From NCBI RefSeq assembly GCF_902713615.1, contig NW_024055733.1, forward strand, positions 1,612,001 through 1,676,000: DNA of 64,000 nt, in the 5' to 3' direction. Within the stretch, counting starts at the first letter, position 1, and every line of letters starts with the position of its first letter. Made by a program: the position numbers and the translations under genes. This DNA comes from Scyliorhinus canicula (taxonomy: Eukaryota). Under the pieces are notes generated by a model. It was not told the origin of the DNA and searched no databases. It was given only the letters and a program-made list of their open reading frames with translations. Below are positions 60,186 to 64,000 of this stretch, one piece after another.

Positions 60186-61133
60186 TCAGTTTGACAGGCA
60201 GTGGGAGGAGAGAGATGCCATGTGGGTGGGGGGCTTTCCCCTCAGCATGGAATGAATTGAACTAAAGGGAAATGTCAGCATCTTCTTAAATTGCTGCCTG
60301 AACTGAGTCTGTGTGACGGCGTAAATGGCAGTGTTTGTGCAGCAGCTCAGGAGCTGCAGCATGAAGCCCAATTCCTGAACATAACCATTTAGGAATACAG
60401 TGTCATACCGCAGAGAGAATATCCGGTTCCATATGGAATAAAACATGAACGTTGACCATAAGAGGATGAAATTGGCGGAGATAATAAACAGTAAAATGAT
60501 AGATTTCCTCCGACTCCATCTCTGGGTCTCTGGGGCTTTCCCCACTGCTGTGAGTCCGGAGTCTCCTCCGGGCCCTGCTGCTCACCACAATGTGTCTGAC
60601 GGTGAGAACATTGAGCAGCAGAATCAGGAAAAATGGAACAGCCGGGGTTAGAATGTGGTGGAGGAACTCGACTGTGACCCAGACCGGAGAGACCATGACA
60701 TCTATTGTGACCTCACAAAACCAGGGGTTGTTTGTCAGCCAATACCGACCGGTCATCGAAAAACCCCAGGAAATGTTCTTCAGACCGCTCAGCACAGTCA
60801 CTGTTCCCAGAACCACGGCCGCCGTTGTCTCGCTGCAATATTTACTTCTCAGCTTCGGCCAACAAATGGCCACAAATCGATCAAAGGTGAAAGTGACGGT
60901 GAACCAGACAGAACAGTCAGTGGCAGCAAAAAGCACGACGGTGTGGATATTACACACGCGGATGGACAACAGGAAATAATACTGTTCCACAAAAACAATG
61001 GGGATGTGTCGCAATATCAGGTCGATAATAATGACCAGTAGATCTCCCACTGCCATGGCCACCAGGTAACAAGTCACACATTTGGACAGCCCACAGCTTT
61101 TTCTTTTCAGGATCACAATTGTGATGATATTCA
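60186..61133 (-). pseudogene. Exon 2 of a second GPR139/142-like GPCR with a frameshift at ~60512
   Basis: Acceptor ttccgttcctcacag| (phase 1, VNIITIVIL); YLVAMAVGDLLV, SVWFTVTFTFDRFVAICW; DPEME then a shift (GAGTCGG where GAGAGTCGG is expected, 2-nt loss) to SRRKSIILLF..LLSCCTNTAIY; exon 1 not seen in the window. Confidence 0.85.
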
Positions 61134-61219
61134 CTGTGAGGAACGGAAATACACAATTAAATTGTACATCAGCCTGGGAAAGACTTTACAAGTATGATCG
61201 ACGTGGTGCTGACGAAATC

Positions 61220-62420
61220 ACATAAATACACACTAATACACACTCTCACACACATTCAGAGACAGTAATACACTCACAGAGACACTAACACACACTCACA
61301 TGGACACCGACACACACTCACACGCACAGAGACAGTAATACAATCACAGACACTAACACACACAGAGACACCGACACACACACACATGCAGAGATAGTAA
61401 TACCCTCACACGCACAGAGACACTAACACAAACACACTCTCACAGACACTAACACACACACTCACACAGACACTACCACACGCAGGCACTACCACACACA
61501 CACTCGAAGACACTATCTCACACACACAGGCACTGACACACACACTCACAGACACTAACACACACACACAGGCACTGACACACACACTCAAAGACACTAA
61601 CTTACACACACAAGACCTGACACACACGCACACAGGCACTAATACACACACACTGGCAGACACACAGAGACACTAATACACACACTCACAGACACACACA
61701 CACACAGGCACTAACACACACACACAGACACTAACACACACTCACAGGCACAAATAGACACTAATACACGCACACAGAGACACTAACACACACACAGGCA
61801 CGAATACACACGCACAGGTACACAAATACACCTATACACAGTCACACACACAGCACTAAGACACAGACAATAACACACACACGCAATACAGAGATAATAA
61901 CACACTCACACATACACTAACACACAAACACAGAGACAGTAATACACTCACACACAAAGACAGTAATACACACTCACAAAGACACTAAAGCGCACACTTA
62001 CACAAATAGACACTATGACACACTCATTGACACATATACACTAATACAAACACTCACAGAAACAGAGACACGAATACACACGCTCAAAGCCACACATAGA
62101 CACATATACACACTCACTGACACGCAGATAGACTAATACAAACTCACAGACACACACAGTCACACACACAGACACTCATACGCACAATCCCAGACACACA
62201 CAGGTACTAAAACAAACACTCACACACAGAGACACTAATACACACATTCGCAGACACATATAGACACGAAAACACACACCGACACACAGATATACTAATA
62301 TACAAACATACACACGTGTGCACGCCTTCATACACACAGACACACTAGTGCACAGCTCACAGACAGACAGAGACACGAAAAGCACACTCAAGCACATTAA
62401 CAGACACTGACAGACACAGC
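61220..62420. repeat. CA-rich degenerate microsatellite
   Basis: (CA)n interspersed with gacactaa. Confidence 0.95.
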
Positions 62421-62426
62421 AAATAA

Positions 62427-64000
62427 TGCAGATTCACTCCCTCCCATCACTCAGTGCCCTGTGCAAATTCACCCCCTCACATCACTCACTGCACTGTGCA
62501 GATTCACTCCTTCCCATCATTCACTGCTCTGTGCAGATTCACTCCCGTCACTCATTGCCCTGTGCTGATACACTCACACCCATCACACACTGCTCTGTGC
62601 AGATTCACACCCATCACTCACTGCTCGATGCTGAATCACTCCCCTCACTCACTGCCCTGTGCAGATTGACTCCCTCCCATCACTGACTGACTGTGCAGAT
62701 TGACTCAATCCCAACATTCACTGCGTGAGCAGATTCACTCCCTCCATCACCCACTGCCCAGTGCAGATCACTCCCTCCCATCACTCACTGCCCTGTGCAG
62801 ATTCAATCTCCTACCATCCCTCACTGTCCTGTGCAGGTTTACTCCCTCCCATCACTCACTGCTCTGTGCAGATATACTCCCTCCCATCACTCACTGCTCT
62901 GGGCAGATTAATTCCCATTTCTCACTGCTCTGTGCAGAATCACTCTTCTCGCTCACTGCCCAGTGCAACGCACTCCCTCCCATCACTCACTGCCCTGTGC
63001 AGATTCACTCCCTCCCATCACTGACTGCCCTATGCAGATTCACTCCCTCCCATCATTCACTGCCCTGTGCAGATTCACTCCCTCCCATCACTCACTGCCC
63101 TGTGCAGATTCACTCCCTCCCATCACTCACTGCCCTGTGCAGATTCACTCCCTCCCATCACTCACTGCCCTGTGCAGATTCACTCCCTCCCATCACTCAC
63201 TGCCCTGTGCACATTCACTCCCTCCCATCACTCACTGCCCTGTGCAGATTCACTCCCTCCCATCACTCACTGCCCTGTGCACATTCCCTCCCTCACATCA
63301 TTCACTGCTCTGTGCAGAATCACTCCCATCACTCATTGCCCTCTGCAGATTCACTCCCTCCCATTCCTCAACGTCCTGTGAAGATTCGCTCGCTCCCATT
63401 ACTCACTGCTCTGTGCAGATTCACACCCATCACCCACTGCCCTGTGCAGATTCACATCCATCACTCACTACACTGTTCAGATTCACTCTCATCACTCACT
63501 GCCCTTTGCAGATTGAGTCCCTCCGATCACTCACTGCCCTGTGCAGATTGAGTCCCTCCGATCACTCACTGCCCTGTGCAGACTTACTCTCTCCCATCAT
63601 TCACTGCTATGTGCAGAATCACTCCCATCACTCATTGCCCTGTGCAGATACACTCCATCAGTTACTGCTCTGAGCAGATTCACTCCCATCACTCTCTGCC
63701 ATGTGCAGATTCACACCCATTACACACTGCCCTGTGCAGATTCACACCCACCCCTCATTGCACTGTGCAGATTCACTCTCATCACTCACTGCCCTGTTCA
63801 AATTGAGTCCCTCCAATCACTCACTGCCATGGTCAGATTCACTCCCTCCCATCACTCACTGCCCTGTGCACATTACCTCCATCACATCATTCACTGCTCT
63901 GTGCAGAATCACTCCCATCACTCATTGCCCTGTGCAGATACACTCCATCCCATCACGCACTGCTCTCCGCAGATTCACACCCACCACACACTGCACTGTG
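62427..64000. repeat. 35-bp minisatellite (tgcagattcactccctcccatcactcactgccctg)n
   Basis: Homogeneous tandem units running to the window end. Confidence 0.95.

Noticed and set aside
55495-63806. Long repetitive ORFs (PPITHCPVQIHSL.., PQISPNPR..)
   Set aside because: By-products of stop-free minisatellite units

Overview
Vertebrate, repeat-rich genomic DNA. The dominant HE1/V-SINE family and its CR1 partner point to an elasmobranch, probably a catshark-like shark; this is inferred from the repeats. Host genes: a GPR84 orthologue with an uninterrupted coding exon (-, 2891-4021); an intact two-exon GPR139/142-like class A GPCR (+, 10627-10693 joined to 20685-21598); a frameshifted paralogue of it (-, 60186-61133); and a candidate first coding exon in a CpG island near 1.2 kb. 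The rest is about 17 HE1 SINEs, CR1, Rex/Babar and other LINE fragments, MITEs, a Penelope-derived hairpin with a degenerate hammerhead core, solo LTRs and at least six mini/satellite families. Four things stand out. (1) A 9.6-kb minus-strand provirus-like element (45940-55543) has ~1.3-kb LTRs, a tRNA-Lys PBS sitting 40 nt from the LTR, no visible RT, and decayed Cys-rich and glycoprotein-like ORFs; it looks foamy-like or complex-ERV-like, and a related solo LTR with a 4-bp TSD lies at 38514-39932. (2) A recent, circularly permuted and partly inverted copy of 43596-46223 is inserted at 34303-35958 with microhomology junctions, suggesting a circular intermediate or serial template switching. 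(3) A modular composite repeat (GC-box array, (GAGTT)n, 35-bp-arm hairpin, 55/37-bp minisatellite) occurs in tandem and dispersed copies. (4) Decayed coding-like remnants of unknown origin lie antisense in the GPCR intron. All translations and alignments were done by eye; no database searches were run.
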